DNA of 64,000 nucleotides from an uncultured Pelagibacteraceae bacterium (GCA_902583785.1 CACHXE010000001.1:1774-65773), one strand, 5' to 3'; positions 8,829-18,001 are shown, counted from the stretch's first letter. Notes: generated from the letters alone by a model not told the origin. Made by a program: numbers and translations.

Positions 8829-9424
8829 TTCATTATGTAAAAATAAATTAATCCCAAAACTATAAGTATAAATGTAGTTATTATTAAAGACCATTTAGTC
8901 CCATGCTTTTCTAGAAATGGACCAAACTTTTCGCCAAATTTATAAGTCAAGAAAGCCACTAAGAAAAACCTTGAGCCTCTTGTCAAAACACAAATAAAAA
9001 TGAAGAAAATTAGATTAAAATGTATAAAACCACTTGAAATTGTTAATAGCTTAAAAGGGAGAGGCGTAAAGCCAGCAGTCACTAAAATTCCAAGCCAAGA
9101 AAAAAAACCTCCTGTTGTTGAAAATTTCTCCTTTAAAAAGTTAGGGTCTTGATAACCATATAATTCAAAAATTTTGATACCAATCTCATTAAAAAAAATA
9201 TATCCAATCATGTACCCAAAAAGAGCACCAAGAACAGAAAAAATAGTTGCAATTAATGCTATTTTTATAAACTCATTTTTCTTTGCAATAACCATTGGGA
9301 TTATCATTACGTCTGGTGGTATTGGGAAAAAAGAACTTTCTATAAAAGACTCAAATGCTAGAAAAGGTTTAGCATATTTTTTTCCCGCCCAATAAACACA
9401 TTTATCGTATAATTTTTTGATCAT
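8825..9424 (-). CDS. YqaA/DedA-family (SNARE-associated domain) inner-membrane protein
   Basis: 199 aa, polytopic. The block FLAFESFIESSFFPIPPDVMIIPM is typical of the family. Confidence 0.7.
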   Translation of the reverse strand: MIKKLYDKCVYWAGKKYAKPFLAFESFIESSFFPIPPDVMIIPMVIAKKNEFIKIALIATIFSVLGALFGYMIGYIFFNEIGIKIFELYGYQDPNFLKEKFSTTGGFFSWLGILVTAGFTPLPFKLLTISSGFIHFNLIFFIFICVLTRGSRFFLVAFLTYKFGEKFGPFLEKHGTKWSLIITTFILIVLGLIYFYIMK

Positions 9425-9493
9425 CTTTTTAGTTGCGTCTTAAATTAATTCAAAACATAATGATTGTACAAATAAAAATTTATATGGAGATAT

Positions 9494-9580
9494 GGGCGAA
9501 TGGTGGAACTGGTAGACGCGTTGGACTCAAAATCCAATGGTAGCAATACCTTGAGAGTTCGAGTCTCTCTTCGCCCACCA
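9494..9580 (+). tRNA. tRNA-Leu (anticodon CAA), CCA encoded
   Basis: Hand fold: acceptor GGGCGAA/TTCGCCC, anticodon stem TTGGA/TCCAA with loop CTCAAAA, a long variable arm, and T arm GAGAG-TTCGAGT-CTCTC. Confidence 0.9.
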
Positions 9581-9584
9581 AATT

Positions 9585-11264
9585 ATGGAAATTAACAAAC
9601 TTAATAGTTTAGTAGAATTATTTTTTGAAAAATCAAACAAAATTGATAAAGACAAACCATTTTTGAAGTGGCTCAAACCAAATAAGTCGACTTATACTTG
9701 GTCTCAAGTTTCAGAAAGAATTTTTAAATTAACCAATAAAATTAAATCAATTATAAAAGAGGGCGATAGATGTTTAATACTTTCAGAAAATCGGCCTTAT
9801 TGGTTAATGTCTGATATCGCAGTAATGAATGCAGGTGGAGTCTCAGTTCCAATTTTTACAACTTACTCTTCTAATGACTATAAATATATTCTCAATGACT
9901 GCAGACCATCAATTATTATTGTATCAAATAATGACCAGTTTAAAAAAATTAAAAACTTTTTAAATCCCGAAGTAAAAGAAATTATTTCTTTTGAGGAGAT
10001 AGAACATAAAAGTTTATTAATAAAGAAAATTTTAAAAGTTGAAGATAACAAAAAATATATAAACAAAAATCTAAAAAGAAATATGCCAGCATGCATAATT
10101 TATACTTCCGGAACATCTGGTAACCCCAAAGGTGTTATAATAAGTCATGGAGGTATTTTGGCAAATTGTGAGGGAGCGTTAGATTTACTTGATCCTTTAA
10201 TTAAAAAAAAGAGTCCAATATTTCTTACCTGGTTACCACTCTCGCATTCTTATGAACATGCTGTTCAATTTATTCAAATCTTAACTGGAGCAAAAGTCTT
10301 TTACGCTGAAAGTTTGGAAAAACTCTTATCAAATATGTCTGAAGCTAAACCAACAATAATGACAGCTGTTCCAAGGTTTTACCAAAACTTATATAATAAA
10401 ATAAATAATAATTTCAAAAAACAAACTGGTTTAAAAAAACTTCTCATTAACAAAACTATAGATTTAGGTATCAAATCTCTTAATAGAAAAAAACTTAAAA
10501 TTCATGAAAAATTTGTTAATTTTTTGTGTCAAGTTTTAGTAAGGAAAAAAATTAAAAAACAATTTGGCGGAAATCTACAGGCCTTCGTATCTGGTGGTGG
10601 AGCGCTAGATAAAAATATAGGCGAATTTTTGAATTCTGTGGGTTTACCCACATTACAAGGTTATGGACTTACAGAAACATCACCCGTTGTCAGTTGTAAT
10701 CTGCCGGGAGATATAAAAGTTGATACTGTTGGCCCGCCTTTCAAAACTAATAAAGTAAAAATTGCATTAGACGGTGAAATCCTTGTTAAGGGCGAGAATG
10801 TAATGTTGGGTTACTGGAATAAAAAACAAGAGACAAATGAAATAATTAAAAATGGTTGGCTACATACTGGCGATATAGGTGAGTTTGATATTAATGGATA
10901 CTTAAAAATAACTGATAGGAAAAAAGATATTATTGTTAATCTCGGTGGTGACAATATATCACCTACTAAAGTCGAAAATCATTTTTGTAATCATGAAATA
11001 ATAAAACAATGTTTGGTTTATGGAGATAAAAAAAATTATCTCGTTGCTTTAATAGTTGTTGACCCAAAAGATAAAAATAATTCAACCATAGGAAGTATAA
11101 TTGAAAATTTAAATAAAGATCTAACGATAATTGAAAAAATTAAAAAATTTATTTTAATTGATGATGAATTTACAATTGAAAATGGTTTAATGACTCCAAC
11201 TTTAAAGTTAAAAAGAAAAAAAATAATTGAAAAATATCAACAGGAACTTGAAAAACTTTATTAA
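9585..11264 (+). CDS. fadD: long-chain acyl-CoA synthetase (AMP-forming)
   Basis: 559 aa with the AMP-binding signature YTSGTSGNPKGV, plus GYGLTETS and TGDIG blocks. The ATG lies 4 nt after the tRNA-Leu CCA end. Confidence 0.8.
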   Translation: MEINKLNSLVELFFEKSNKIDKDKPFLKWLKPNKSTYTWSQVSERIFKLTNKIKSIIKEGDRCLILSENRPYWLMSDIAVMNAGGVSVPIFTTYSSNDYKYILNDCRPSIIIVSNNDQFKKIKNFLNPEVKEIISFEEIEHKSLLIKKILKVEDNKKYINKNLKRNMPACIIYTSGTSGNPKGVIISHGGILANCEGALDLLDPLIKKKSPIFLTWLPLSHSYEHAVQFIQILTGAKVFYAESLEKLLSNMSEAKPTIMTAVPRFYQNLYNKINNNFKKQTGLKKLLINKTIDLGIKSLNRKKLKIHEKFVNFLCQVLVRKKIKKQFGGNLQAFVSGGGALDKNIGEFLNSVGLPTLQGYGLTETSPVVSCNLPGDIKVDTVGPPFKTNKVKIALDGEILVKGENVMLGYWNKKQETNEIIKNGWLHTGDIGEFDINGYLKITDRKKDIIVNLGGDNISPTKVENHFCNHEIIKQCLVYGDKKNYLVALIVVDPKDKNNSTIGSIIENLNKDLTIIEKIKKFILIDDEFTIENGLMTPTLKLKRKKIIEKYQQELEKLY

Positions 11265-11386
11265 AAAAATTTAAATATTTTATTTAAAAAAGTGTTGATA
11301 TTACTTACTTTTTGTAAATAAATTTTAAATTTAACGTTTAATTAATAAATTAAATTTTTTTTAAAATTTGTGGAATTAATTAGTGT

Positions 11387-11414
11387 TTGACATCAATAAA
11401 GAAAGAAATAAAGT
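11387..11414 (+). promoter_or_regulatory. candidate sigma70-type promoter for the basic micro-ORF
   Basis: TTGACA (11387-11392), a 16-nt spacer, then TAAAGT (11409-11414), about 50 nt upstream of the ATG at 11464. AT-rich DNA produces many chance -10-like hexamers. Confidence 0.3.
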
Positions 11415-11463
11415 TTATTTATCAAACGAATCATTAAGATTTGTTTTAAAAAAGGGAGATATA

Positions 11464-11532
11464 ATGGCTAAAAGACGTAAAAAGAAAAAAGGTAAGAAAA
11501 AGAAGGCTAAAAAAAGAAGAAGAAGAAGATAA
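11464..11532 (+). CDS. 22-aa extremely basic micro-protein (MAKRRKKKKGKKKKAKKRRRRR); alternatively a polypurine sRNA
   Basis: GGGAG Shine-Dalgarno sequence at 11454-11458, 5 nt before the ATG, then 22 codons (18 Lys/Arg) and TAA. A strong terminator begins 16 nt downstream. It lies in the largest intergenic gap of the window. Confidence 0.45.
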   Translation: MAKRRKKKKGKKKKAKKRRRRR

Positions 11533-11547
11533 GTAGTTTTCTATTAA

Positions 11548-11585
11548 AACGCCCTTTCCAAATCTCACGGAAAGGGCGTTTTTTT
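11548..11585. terminator. bidirectional intrinsic terminator (micro-ORF on +, carD on -)
   Basis: AACGCCCTTTCC-aaatctcac-GGAAAGGGCGTT is a perfect 12-bp stem, followed by T5+ on the + strand and by TTTTAAT on the - strand. It sits between convergent units. Confidence 0.7.
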
Positions 11586-12228
11586 ATTGGTTTTCAATAT
11601 TTTTTTCTTCCCTGCCAAGAGCTTTGTTCATCTTTTTTTTAACATCTTCGGTTGGTATTTTTAAAACTACTTCAAGCTCACTCTCTAGTCTGTCGTAAGC
11701 TTTTTCAAATAATTGCCTTTCACTGTAAGATTGATCTGCAATTGAATTTGTATTCTTATTAAGATCTCTTACTACTTCTGCCAATTCATAAATTTTACCA
11801 GAGTTGATTTTTTGCTCATATTCTTGTGCTCTTCTACTCCACATTGTTCTTTTTACTTTAGGTTTACTTTTAAGAATTGATATACATTTATTCACTTGAT
11901 GAATCGAACAAATGGGTCTTAAAAGAGTTTGTTTGTTAATAGGCAATTGTAAAGTTAATCTATCTCTTACAACATTAATTTTATAATTTTGACTTTCTAT
12001 TCCTCCAATTAAAGCTTTTTCTATACCAACTATTTTTCCTACTCCGTCTTTAGGATAAACTACGAAATCATTAACATTGTAAATTCTTTTTTCTGTAGGT
12101 TGTTTTTTTATTTTTTTGATTTCAACTTTTTCATCACCAGAAGCAGACTTCGGAACAAAAGTTGTTTTTTTTTCTATTTTTTTACTTTTAGTAATTTTAA
12201 TTTTTTTCTTTTTCTTTTTTCTAACCAT
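11584..12228 (-). CDS. carD: CarD/CdnL-family RNA-polymerase-binding regulator with a ~50-aa Lys-rich N-terminal extension
   Basis: 214 aa. The core FVVYPKDGVGKIVGIE...YSERQLFEKA matches CarD_CdnL_TRCF. There is no alternative in-frame ATG before the core. Confidence 0.8.
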   Translation of the reverse strand: MVRKKKKKKIKITKSKKIEKKTTFVPKSASGDEKVEIKKIKKQPTEKRIYNVNDFVVYPKDGVGKIVGIEKALIGGIESQNYKINVVRDRLTLQLPINKQTLLRPICSIHQVNKCISILKSKPKVKRTMWSRRAQEYEQKINSGKIYELAEVVRDLNKNTNSIADQSYSERQLFEKAYDRLESELEVVLKIPTEDVKKKMNKALGREEKNIENQ

Positions 12229-12230
12229 TT

Positions 12231-12572
12231 TTATTCTCCCGGTTTTTCCGAAAAGTATCTGTCAAATTTATTCTTTTCATTCTTATATTTATCCGCATCC
12301 TTCGGTGGTTCTTTCTTCTTTGATATGTTTGGCCATAATTTTGAATATTTTTCGTTTAAAGTTAACCATTTATTTTTATCTTTACCATCATATGCTGTGT
12401 CAGCCTTAATAGCATCAACAGGACACTCAGGTTCACATACGCCGCAATCTATACATTCTTCAGGATGAATTACTAGCATATTTTCTCCCTCATAAAAACA
12501 ATCTACAGGGCATACTTCAACACAATCCATTAACTTACATTTAATACATTCATCTTTTACAAAATATGTCAT
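12231..12572 (-). CDS. fdxA: 7Fe ferredoxin (3Fe-4S/4Fe-4S, FdxA type)
   Basis: 113 aa beginning [54 protein letters not shown], the classic ferredoxin I cysteine pattern. Confidence 0.9.
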   Translation of the reverse strand: MTYFVKDECIKCKLMDCVEVCPVDCFYEGENMLVIHPEECIDCGVCEPECPVDAIKADTAYDGKDKNKWLTLNEKYSKLWPNISKKKEPPKDADKYKNEKNKFDRYFSEKPGE

Positions 12573-12997
12573 TGTTTATTGTTCCCAATTATTTTCGATT
12601 TTATTTCTCCACTCAACTTATCTGGGAAATAAAGTAATCCGCAAATTCTTCTCATTAAATTATTTTCGTAAATACCAGATTTATTGTCAGATAGTACTAT
12701 TTCCCATAAAGTTTTAAAAACAAGAGTTTTCATTTTTATATCTATTTTTTTTATTTCTTTTGTAAATTCTAAAATCTGATTTGAATTATTTTCGCACTCC
12801 TCAGACTCTTTTATAATATCAAGCGCCTCATTGTCAGTAATATTTTTTTTATTTTCTCTAGAAAAAAGTATCACAAAATTTTTTATTAGTTTTTTTTCTT
12901 TATCTGTATAATTTTCATCTATTTTAGCAGCGTGTATCAAAAGAGAAACTACTTTAATTATATCAGTATTATGGTTGTTTTTTTCTTTATTAAACAT
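12569..12997 (-). CDS. TerB-like (tellurite-resistance TerB/DjlA N-domain family) small protein
   Basis: 142 aa, helical, with the pattern [20 protein letters not shown]....[24 protein letters not shown] that is typical of TerB-like domains. Family assignment is by eye only. Confidence 0.5.
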   Translation of the reverse strand: MFNKEKNNHNTDIIKVVSLLIHAAKIDENYTDKEKKLIKNFVILFSRENKKNITDNEALDIIKESEECENNSNQILEFTKEIKKIDIKMKTLVFKTLWEIVLSDNKSGIYENNLMRRICGLLYFPDKLSGEIKSKIIGNNKQ

Positions 12998-15465
12998 TAT
13001 TTTAAATTTAAATACATTAGTTTTTTAAATGGATTTTCTTTGTTATTAATAAATTTTATTTTATTTTTAGTCCTTCTTGAGCCTTTATAGCAAAATGTCT
13101 CTTTATTATCATTGTCTTTTACATAATTCATTAAACTCATTAATTGATAAAAGTTTTCTTTAGAACACCCAATTAGATTAATCATATCAGAGTCAATTTT
13201 AAATTTTCCGTCTTTTGTTTTTTCAATAATCTTTAAAAATAATTTTTCTAATATATCTACTCTTATATAAAATTTATTAAACTGTTCAAATCCACACAGT
13301 AATAAAAATTTATTGTTCAGTTTTCTATCTATATCGACTAAAAAATTCAAACCAGATCTCGGTATTTCCTTATTTTCGGAAATGCCATTATGAAATTTCC
13401 ATAACAAAATTCTGAGACCTACTGCCTTTGGCTTCAGCATTTTTGGTAAAAAGATATGGTATCTTCCAATTTTAATACCAAGAGATCTAAATTGTTTTCT
13501 TTCTTCTTTTGATATTGCTTTAACAATTTCCTCTACGGTGTTTCTTTTTAAAATTCCATTATTTTCATAAAGCTGATATGCAAGAGCACGTAAATATTTA
13601 TTTTTATTTTCCAATCTAGTTAAATTGATTAAATCTGAAAGTTGATCAAAGGTATACGATTTTAACCAATTATTTAAAAATATTTTAAGTTCTTTTAACT
13701 TTTCTAAGACTAATGCCTCATCAGCAATAATTTCTATTTCTGGCGAGAGATAGTCTTTACCTTTTTTTATTTTAGCTATTACGCTATCTTTCCAATAAAT
13801 TTTATAATCATTTTTTAACTCAATTTCTTTTTTGTCTATAATTTCTTTTACTCTTTTAGATAATTCTTCTGTTATTCCTTGTCTTGCAGCTTTTTTTAGC
13901 GATTTAATATCAGTGTCTAAAGTACCTGATGTAAATTCTAAATTTAATTTTAAGCCTTTTAATTTTCCAATTAACTGACCATCAATAATTAATTCATTTT
14001 CGGGACTTATATCTGCATTAGGCTTTACATCTTGCTTAAGACCTCTTGATAAAACACTAATTCTTTTATCAATAAAACTTTTAGTCAATTCATTATGTAA
14101 TTGATCAGATAAACTGTCCTCTATATTTTTACTCATTTGTATCCAGTAATCTGCATTTTCTACCCAGTTTTTTTTATTTGCCACATAAGACCAAGTCCTT
14201 ACATTCGAAACCTTGTTAGATATCATATCGATATTGCCTCGATATTTATCTAAACCTTTCAATTGATTTTTCATATAATCATTAGGTATTTTATTTTTTT
14301 TTGATTTAAGAAAATTAAATACTTTTGTTACTACATCAATGTGTGTAAAAGCTTTTTTCTGAAAATCAGGAATTTGACAACACTCCCATAATAATTCAAT
14401 TTTATCATTTGAAAATTCAATTTTTTTATCACGCACAAGATATTTCAATACATTTTCATCGAGTGAGTCTGAAATTTTAGAGAATTTTTTAGTTGAAGGT
14501 TTTTTTTCAAGTGATTGTATTAAATCTTCAGCACTTTTAAAATTTAAATCAGAATTTCTCCAAAATAAAAAATTTATATCATCCAATTTATGATTTTCAA
14601 TTTTTTCAATTTCATCAGTTTGAAGATTTTCACAACCACCAGTAACACCAAATGCCCCGTCATTTTTGTATCTTCCGGCTCTTCCAGCTATCTGTGAAAT
14701 TTCTGTAGTTCTTAACCTCCTGATTTTTTTGCCATCAAATTTTTTTAAATTTGAAAAACTAACTTGCTCAATATCCATGTTTAAACCCATACCAATTGCA
14801 TCTGTCGCTACCAAGTAATCAACATCACCCGATTGATAAATTTCAACCTGGGAATTTCTTGTTTTTGGACTCAAAGAACCCATTATTACTGCTGCTCCGC
14901 CTTTTTGCCTTCTTACTAATTCTGCAATTGCATAAACTTCTTCAATGGAGAATGCGATAAGTGCACTTTTTCTATCTAATCTTGAAATTTTCTTATGTCC
15001 ATTATAGGAAAGTTTTGAAAATCTTTGTTGCTCAATAAATTTTGTTTCCGGAATTATTTCAGAAATAATGTTTCTCATTATTTGTGAGCCAAGAAACATT
15101 GTAATTACTTCCCCTCTAAAATTAAGAAGTCTATCAGTAAAAACATGGCCTCTTTCTCTATCCCCACACATTTGAATTTCGTCAACAGCAATAAAATCTA
15201 CTACTTTATCTTTAGGCATTGCTTCCACAGTACAAATGAAATATTGCGCAGAATTAGGAATAATTTTTTCTTCACCGGTTATTAGTGCTACTTTATCTGA
15301 TCCTACTCTAGCTACGCATTTATCGTAAACTTCTCTAGCCAATAATCTCAAAGGAAGACCAAATATTCCCGAATTGAACTCCAACATTTTTTCGATTGCT
15401 AAATGAGTTTTTCCTGTATTAGTTGGACCTAATACTGCTACAATCTTGTTTAAATGAGTATTCAT
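12997..15465 (-). CDS. SUV3-like superfamily-2 ATP-dependent (RNA) helicase with a long C-terminal extension
   Basis: 822 aa with Walker A GPTNTGKTH, DEIQM (DExH-like) and QIAGRAGR (motif VI). The ~480-aa C-terminal region has no family I can recognise. Confidence 0.75.
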   Translation of the reverse strand: MNTHLNKIVAVLGPTNTGKTHLAIEKMLEFNSGIFGLPLRLLAREVYDKCVARVGSDKVALITGEEKIIPNSAQYFICTVEAMPKDKVVDFIAVDEIQMCGDRERGHVFTDRLLNFRGEVITMFLGSQIMRNIISEIIPETKFIEQQRFSKLSYNGHKKISRLDRKSALIAFSIEEVYAIAELVRRQKGGAAVIMGSLSPKTRNSQVEIYQSGDVDYLVATDAIGMGLNMDIEQVSFSNLKKFDGKKIRRLRTTEISQIAGRAGRYKNDGAFGVTGGCENLQTDEIEKIENHKLDDINFLFWRNSDLNFKSAEDLIQSLEKKPSTKKFSKISDSLDENVLKYLVRDKKIEFSNDKIELLWECCQIPDFQKKAFTHIDVVTKVFNFLKSKKNKIPNDYMKNQLKGLDKYRGNIDMISNKVSNVRTWSYVANKKNWVENADYWIQMSKNIEDSLSDQLHNELTKSFIDKRISVLSRGLKQDVKPNADISPENELIIDGQLIGKLKGLKLNLEFTSGTLDTDIKSLKKAARQGITEELSKRVKEIIDKKEIELKNDYKIYWKDSVIAKIKKGKDYLSPEIEIIADEALVLEKLKELKIFLNNWLKSYTFDQLSDLINLTRLENKNKYLRALAYQLYENNGILKRNTVEEIVKAISKEERKQFRSLGIKIGRYHIFLPKMLKPKAVGLRILLWKFHNGISENKEIPRSGLNFLVDIDRKLNNKFLLLCGFEQFNKFYIRVDILEKLFLKIIEKTKDGKFKIDSDMINLIGCSKENFYQLMSLMNYVKDNDNKETFCYKGSRRTKNKIKFINNKENPFKKLMYLNLK

Positions 15466-15601
15466 TCTTTTGTGTTATATTTTTTTTTGAACACTATATA
15501 TAGGTTAGTACCGAGAACAAAAGATGATTAAATCATGACCGAATCACTTTGTCAAACGTTCTGTTTTAATAAATAATTTCTGTAGTAAGCTACAACAAAT
15601 A

Positions 15602-16837
15602 ATGGATGATAATATCAAAAAAAATATAAGATTTCTTAAACCATCTTCAACTTTGGCCATCAATGAAAAAGTAAAAAAATTGTTACAAAATGGAAATAAG
15701 ATTTATAATTTCGGATTTGGGCAATCTCCATTCCCAATTCCTGAAAAAATTGTATCCGTACTAAAAGAAAATGCTGCTAAGAAAGATTATTTGCCCATGC
15801 AAGGACTTGGAGAATTAAGAGAAGCTATATCAGAATATTTGTTAAAAAGAACAGGGATGGATTATCCTAAAGAAAACATAATAATAACCCCAGGCTCAAA
15901 AGAAGCAATGTTATTAATGCACGTTGCATTTAATGGTGAAATAATTCTTCCCACATCTAGTTGGGTTTCATATGAACCACAAGCTCAAATAGCCGAAAAC
16001 AAAGTTCATTGGTTACAAACTTCCAGAGATAATAACTGGTTTCCTACACCACTTGATCTTGAAAAAAAAATTAAATCTATTGGAAAAAAAAATATTATTT
16101 TAATAATAAACTCTCCCAATAACCCTTCAGGAACTACTTGTAATAATTTAAAAGAAATAGCAGAAGTTGCTAAAAAATATAATATAAATATTTTATCTGA
16201 TGAAATATATACAGATTTAACTTTTAATAGAAATTACGAATCAATTTCAAAATTTTATCATCAAGGAACATTTATTAGCAGCGGACTAAGCAAATGGTGC
16301 GGTGCAGGAGGTTGGAGATTAGGATTTTTCGCTGTACCAAGTAAACACTCAAAATTTTTAAAATCATTAAAAACCCTTGCCAGCGAATCATACTCTACTG
16401 TAAATACTCCGCTTCAATACGCTGCTGTAGAAGCATACAAAGGTAATTTTGATAGCTATCTAAATAAAGTTATAAATATTTTGAAATCATTAGGAAATTA
16501 TGTTTACAATAATCTGAAATCTAATAAAATTTTAATAAATCCACCTAAAGGAGGTTTTTATTTAATGCCCGAATTTTTAAATTCAAAATTTAAATCTTCA
16601 GAAGAAATGTGTGAAAATATATTAAATAAAAGCGGGGTTGCATTATTGCCAGGATCTGATTTTGGATTTAAAGATAATAAAATGTTAGCAAGATTAAGTT
16701 ATACAGATTTTAATGGCGAGATTTTTTTGAAAAATATAAATGGTAACAAAGAGCTAGATGATAAGATTATTAAAAAGTACGCCCCAAATATTGTAGAAGG
16801 TACTAAAAAATTAGCTGAGTGGTCTAAAACCCTGTAG
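15602..16837 (+). CDS. PLP-dependent aminotransferase, class I/II
   Basis: 411 aa with NSPNNPSG, a SGLSKW..AGGWRLGF PLP-lysine block, and the general AspAT-like layout. Confidence 0.75.
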   Translation: MDDNIKKNIRFLKPSSTLAINEKVKKLLQNGNKIYNFGFGQSPFPIPEKIVSVLKENAAKKDYLPMQGLGELREAISEYLLKRTGMDYPKENIIITPGSKEAMLLMHVAFNGEIILPTSSWVSYEPQAQIAENKVHWLQTSRDNNWFPTPLDLEKKIKSIGKKNIILIINSPNNPSGTTCNNLKEIAEVAKKYNINILSDEIYTDLTFNRNYESISKFYHQGTFISSGLSKWCGAGGWRLGFFAVPSKHSKFLKSLKTLASESYSTVNTPLQYAAVEAYKGNFDSYLNKVINILKSLGNYVYNNLKSNKILINPPKGGFYLMPEFLNSKFKSSEEMCENILNKSGVALLPGSDFGFKDNKMLARLSYTDFNGEIFLKNINGNKELDDKIIKKYAPNIVEGTKKLAEWSKTL

Positions 16838-16910
16838 ATTCAGCAAACAATATCGTCCAAAATAAGCTATTTAGTCTTACATTGCTTGAACCGAATTGAT
16901 ACATTTTCCT

Positions 16911-16930
16911 TATTAATTGTACAATTAATA
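16911..16930. promoter_or_regulatory. perfect 20-bp palindrome (candidate operator) just upstream of the TAXI gene RBS
   Basis: TATTAATTGT|ACAATTAATA is an exact inverted repeat with no spacer. It ends 3 nt before the GGGGG/GGGGA purine run that serves as the RBS for the ATG at 16943. Confidence 0.3.
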
Positions 16931-16942
16931 CAAGGGGGAAAA

Positions 16943-17947
16943 ATGAAGAGAATAATCTCTACTATCTCAGCTATAGCAATGTTATTTGCATTATCTTTAC
17001 CGATGATGTCAGTGGCAAAAGCTGCTGAGTTTTTTACAATTGGAACAGGTGGACCAACTGGAGTTTATTTCCAAACTGGTAACGCCATTTGTAAAATGTT
17101 ACACAAACAAGCGATAAGTGCTGAGCACGGAAGAAAAAAAGGTACAGCCAAAGCTTATAGATGTACTGCGCCTTCAACAGGTGGTTCTAACTACAATATT
17201 GGACAAATCAAAGATGGTGAGTTTCAATTTGGTGTTGCTCAGTCTGACTGGCAGTTCCATGCTTATAATGGTTCAAGCAAATGGGAAGGAAAACAGTTTA
17301 GTGATTTAAGAGCTGTATTTTCTGTTCACAACGAACCTTTCCAAATTTGGGCTAGTAAAAAATCTAAAATTAAAGATTTCAAAAGCTTAAAAGGAAAAAC
17401 TGTGAATATCGGTAATCCAGGTTCTGGTCAAAGAGGAACTATGGAAGAATTAATGAAAGCTATGGGAGCTGACATGAGTATGTTCAAAGCAACTACTGAA
17501 CTTACTTCGTCTGAACAAGTAAAAGCTCTTTGCGACGGAAAAATAGATGCATTTGGATATTCAGTTGGATTTCCAAATGGTGCTATGGAGCAGGCAGCAA
17601 CTTGTAAAGCAAAAGCAAGTCCAATTAACTTAACTGGTGCGCCAGTTCAAGGTTTAATTGACGGAGCTGACTATTATGCAAAAGCTGTTATCCCAGCTGG
17701 GACTTACTCAAATCAGAAAAAAGACGCTACAACATTCGGTGTAAAAGCTACTGTTGTAACAAGTGCTAATGTTTCTGAAGAGCTTGTATACTTAGTAACA
17801 AAAGCTGTTATGGAAAACTTCGATGATTTCAGAGCTCAACACCCAGCTTTTGGACCACTGGAAAAGAAAAATATGATAGCTGATGGTTTATCAGCTCCAT
17901 TACATCCTGGTGCTATTAAGTATTATAAAGAAGCTGGTTTAATGTAA
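16943..17947 (+). CDS. TRAP transporter solute receptor, TAXI family
   Basis: I place the start at ATG 16943 (MKRIISTISAIAMLFALSLPMMSVAKA, a signal peptide) behind CAAGGGGGAAAA. The track's TTG extension was rejected. TIGTGGPTGVYFQTGNAIC is the TAXI hallmark. Confidence 0.85.
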   Translation: MKRIISTISAIAMLFALSLPMMSVAKAAEFFTIGTGGPTGVYFQTGNAICKMLHKQAISAEHGRKKGTAKAYRCTAPSTGGSNYNIGQIKDGEFQFGVAQSDWQFHAYNGSSKWEGKQFSDLRAVFSVHNEPFQIWASKKSKIKDFKSLKGKTVNIGNPGSGQRGTMEELMKAMGADMSMFKATTELTSSEQVKALCDGKIDAFGYSVGFPNGAMEQAATCKAKASPINLTGAPVQGLIDGADYYAKAVIPAGTYSNQKKDATTFGVKATVVTSANVSEELVYLVTKAVMENFDDFRAQHPAFGPLEKKNMIADGLSAPLHPGAIKYYKEAGLM

Positions 17948-17967
17948 TCTTAATATATAATTAAATT

Positions 17968-18001
17968 AAAAAGGCCCAATATTTTTTGGGCCTTTTTTTT
18001 T
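17968..18001 (+). terminator. intrinsic terminator between the TAXI receptor and the permease
   Basis: AAAAAGGCCCA-atattttt-TGGGCCTTTTT with a T9 run, 20 nt after the stop codon. Confidence 0.75.

Noticed and set aside
8829-8894. 22-residue N-terminal extension of the DsbB ORF in the track.
   Set aside because: It lies inside the upstream YqaA/DedA gene. The ATG at 8828 gives a canonical ATGA stop/start overlap and a normal DsbB N-terminus.
16886-16942. TTG-initiated 19-residue extension of the TAXI receptor ORF.
   Set aside because: The ATG at 16943 is preceded by a G-rich RBS and starts a typical signal peptide. The extension would bury that signal peptide.
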